A stretch of DNA of 64,000 nucleotides, taken from Paraspadella gotoi (Eukaryota > Animalia > Chaetognatha). Each line of letters opens with the position of its first letter. Position 1 is the first letter of the stretch. The notes beneath the pieces were generated by a model. It was not told the DNA's origin. It did no database searches and was given only the letters and a program-made list of their open reading frames with translations. A program made the translations under genes and the position numbers. This document shows positions 60,741-64,000 of the stretch, piece by piece. Where the stretch lies: positions 1,356,962 to 1,420,961 of the forward strand of contig CM119267.1 in the NCBI GenBank assembly GCA_051294375.1. Reading direction: 5' to 3'.

Positions 60741-62612
60741 AACTTTTTAAGTTCCATCTCGTTCTCTTCTGATCGATTATTCTTCAATCGATTGAAAAAA
60801 AAAAAGAAATTTGCGAAGGAATTAAAATTTTTATCTTCGACTCGGTTCTTCTTGGATTTTTCGCGCCTTTTTTTTTCTCTTTCGTGATCTTTTTCCGGAA
60901 TTTTATTGTGAATATTAATTTAATAGGGAAATCTTAACCATTTAATTTTATACTTTTTAAGGTTTAACGTATTAATAAGTAAGTCATCATCCATACCCAT
61001 CACGGTTTAACCAATTATCTCTCTCTCTCTCTCTCTCTCTGTCTCTATAGTTAGAAACAAAAACAATGAATTGATGCTTCGCTCTATTGAGATTGACGTT
61101 TATTCTCTGACAGAGCGACGGAGAGAGAAAAAAGAGGAGAAAAGAGGGGAAGAAAGAGGGGAAGAAAGAGATGAGGAAAGAGAGGAGGAAAGGGAGGAGG
61201 AAAGAGGGGAAGAAAGAGGTGTCTCCCTTTCTCCTCCCCTTTCTTCTCTTTCTCCTCCTCTCTACTTTCTTCTCTTTTCTCCTCTTTTCTCCTCCTCATC
61301 TTTCCTCTCACTTTCTTCCTCTTTTTCCTCCTCTCTTTCCTTCTTCTTTCTCTCCCCTCTCTATTCCTCCTCCTTTCTTCCTTTTCTCCTCTTCTCTCCT
61401 CTCTTTCCTCCTTTTTTGCTTGCTCTTTTACTCCTCTGTTTCTCACTACTCTCCCTCTTCTCCTTGCCTTCTTCCTCCTCTCTTGCTCGTCCTCTCTCTC
61501 TCTTTCTTCTCATCTTTCCTTCTTCTTTTCCTCCTCTCTTTCCTAACTCCTCCTCCCTTTTTCTCCTCCTCCTCCTCCTTCTTCTCTCTCTTTCTTCCCC
61601 TCTTTCCTCCTCTCTTCTTCTTCCTCTCTTTCCTCCTCCCTTTCCTTCCCTTCGTTTCTCTCTCGGCTTCTTCCCTCATGTCCTCCTCTCTTTCCTCCTC
61701 TTTGGCTTCCGCTGCTTTCTTCCCGTTTTCCCTCTTTGTTCTCTCTCTTTTCCTCCTCCCTTCCTCCTCTCTTTCCTCCTCTCTTTTCCCTCTTCCCTTT
61801 CTCCCTTTCTCTTCCTTTCCTCCTACTCTTTCCTCATTTCTCTTTCCTCCCCCTCTTTTCTCCTACCCTTCTCCTTCCTCTCTTTCCTCATCATCTTTTT
61901 CACCTTCTTCTTCCCTCTTTCCTCCTCCCTTTCTCCTTCTCTTTCCTGCATCTCTTTCTTCCCTCTTTTCCCTCTTCCTCCCTATTGAGCCGTTTTTTCC
62001 TCTCCTGCCCTNNNNNNNNNNNNNNNNNNNNNNNNNGAAGGAAAGAGAGGAGGAAAGAGAGGAGGAAAGAGAGAAGGAAAGAGAGGAAGAAAGGGAGGAG
62101 GAAAGAGAGGAGGAAAGATAGACAGATTTCGTTAGTCAGCTAAATATATAAACAATAAATTCATCCAGTTCTGATTTCATTATCTTAAATTGTATGAACG
62201 AATAAGAATAACTTAAAGTGAACGAATGTCATTTCTGCCAAATTGTTGTTCTGCATTTTCTTCTGGTTCATTCCTAAACTCAGTTTTGGTTGTAAATTTA
62301 AAAACTCTGCGAACTTAAAGAAACTAAAATCGTAAACATTCACTTAGTACAGAAATGCAAAACACAAACGAAAGAAAAAGACCAAAAAAGAAAGAAAAAG
62401 AAAGAAAAAGAAAAAAGAAAGAAAAAAAAAAGAAAAAGAAATAAAAAGAAAAAGAAATAAAATAAAAAGAAAAAAGAAAGAAAAAGAAACCCAAATTGTG
62501 GCCTCGAAATTTTTTGGCGGGAAATCCAGATTTTAGAAGGAAATAATTTATAAAAATAAATCCTTTTACTTCTTGACGGAGAGAAATTTGGTTACGTTAG
62601 TGGGAAATGAGA

Positions 62613-62659
<47 letters not shown>

Positions 62660-63055
62660 AGAGGAGAAGAGAGAGAGAGACTGAGAAATTCGTTACAAAA
62701 ACTCAAATCGACAAAACGCGGACAAATAAATTTTTCTTTCGCCGATCGGAAGTCGAGTCTAGCACTCCGATATGCAAATGAGATTTTAATTGATGGATTT
62801 AAAGCCGAGGTCGAGTTTTTTCGTGGGAGATTTTCGGCCGGGGGGGCTGAGGAGTTGAAGAGATGAGGAGTTGAGGAGATGAATAGATGAAGAGTTGAGG
62901 AGATGAGGAGTTAGGGGATGAAGTTGAAGGATAAAGAACTTACAAAAATAAAGATGTAACATGTGAAGAAAAAGTGAGAAAGAGTGAACCAAATATTTCT
63001 TTTCTCTATTTAATCTTATTTTATCTTTTCTCAAAAAATGATCATTATATTATAT

Positions 63056-63091
<36 letters not shown>

Positions 63092-64000
63092 CTCTCTCAC
63101 TCTCTCTCATCTCTCTCTCTCTCTCTCTCTCTCCATCTCTCCTCCCTATCTCTTTACTATCTCCCCCCCCTCCGCCTCTCGCGTCGAATTGAGTCTTAAA
63201 TGTGATAATTAATCATTTCTCTGGTTCACGGGATCACGCTGTCACGTGAACACCTGTCAGGTGATAACTCTCTCACGTGATCTAATCACGATCCGAGTTT
63301 TTTCTCATATTTTCTCTCGTTTTTTTTTCTTTGTAATTAATAATAATTATAGTATTTATAGGAATTAATAATAATTATAATTATAATAATATAAGATAAG
63401 TAACATAAGTCTCTTAGGTTTTTTTTTTCCGATTATGAATAAGTTTATGTTTAAATACGAACTATAATTATAAAAGGATTACATCATTTTATAGTTGACG
63501 AACGAGTTCAAGTTTTATTGCTTGGGATTTCCTTTTTTTTGATTGCTTGGATGACCCTAGATTTCTCAGATGACCAACGATTGCTTCCCCGCCCTTTTGA
63601 TTGACGATCCGCGTGAATTTAAAACCGAAAGACGATCACCTCACCGAGTGAACTCACCAAACTCACTTCGTCCCTTCTCCCTTTACTCACGAACTCATTC
63701 GCTCGATTGACTCACCACCGCGAATCATAGTACAGAGGAGGAGGAAGAGGAGGAGGAGGAGGAGGAGAAAGAAGTGGAGGAGGAGGCTGATGAGGAGGAA
63801 GAGAAGGAGGAGGAGGAAGAGGAGGAGGAGGAGAAGGAGGAAGAAGAGGAGGCGAGTAAAGACGATGATGACGATGATAAAACGGTAGGGATTATTCTTT
63901 TGATGTTTTTTCACCTAAATTTTTTTTCCCTTTTTTTCCTTTCCTTTTCCTTTTTAAAAGAATATGTAAGAAGCTTGGGAGTCGGTCGGTCGGTCTCAAT

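Noticed and set aside
53680-64000. 3-kb duplication with internal inversion as a real rearrangement
   Set aside because: The copies differ mostly by scattered indels and are bounded by 25-N gaps, which is more consistent with gap-filling or haplotype redundancy; raw reads are needed.

Overview
Repeat-rich eukaryotic (animal-type) genomic DNA with spliceosomal GT-AG introns, dense (GA)n microsatellites, several N gaps and stretches with many indels that look like unpolished long-read sequence. Genes reconstructed by hand across introns: two divergent paralogs of a long XK-related multipass membrane protein (847-8258 + and 20455-25992 +); a DUF229-like (alkaline phosphatase/sulfatase superfamily) gene on the minus strand (9918-28179, 5' end not found) whose introns contain the second XK-like gene and a full Ty3/gypsy element, with a second Ty3/gypsy element just upstream of its first recognisable exon; SPATA17; a secreted Kazal-Kunitz-kringle-kringle serine protease; and a stand-alone orotate phosphoribosyltransferase. 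The right end holds nested non-autonomous transposons and a probably artefactual 3-kb duplication. The most unusual signal is apparent rapid intron turnover: the two XK-like paralogs clearly share only 3 of their 8-9 intron positions, and several introns are built from tandem duplications of exon-intron junctions, one of which creates a phase-preserving 24-nt micro-exon. All family assignments come from motif recognition, not database searches.
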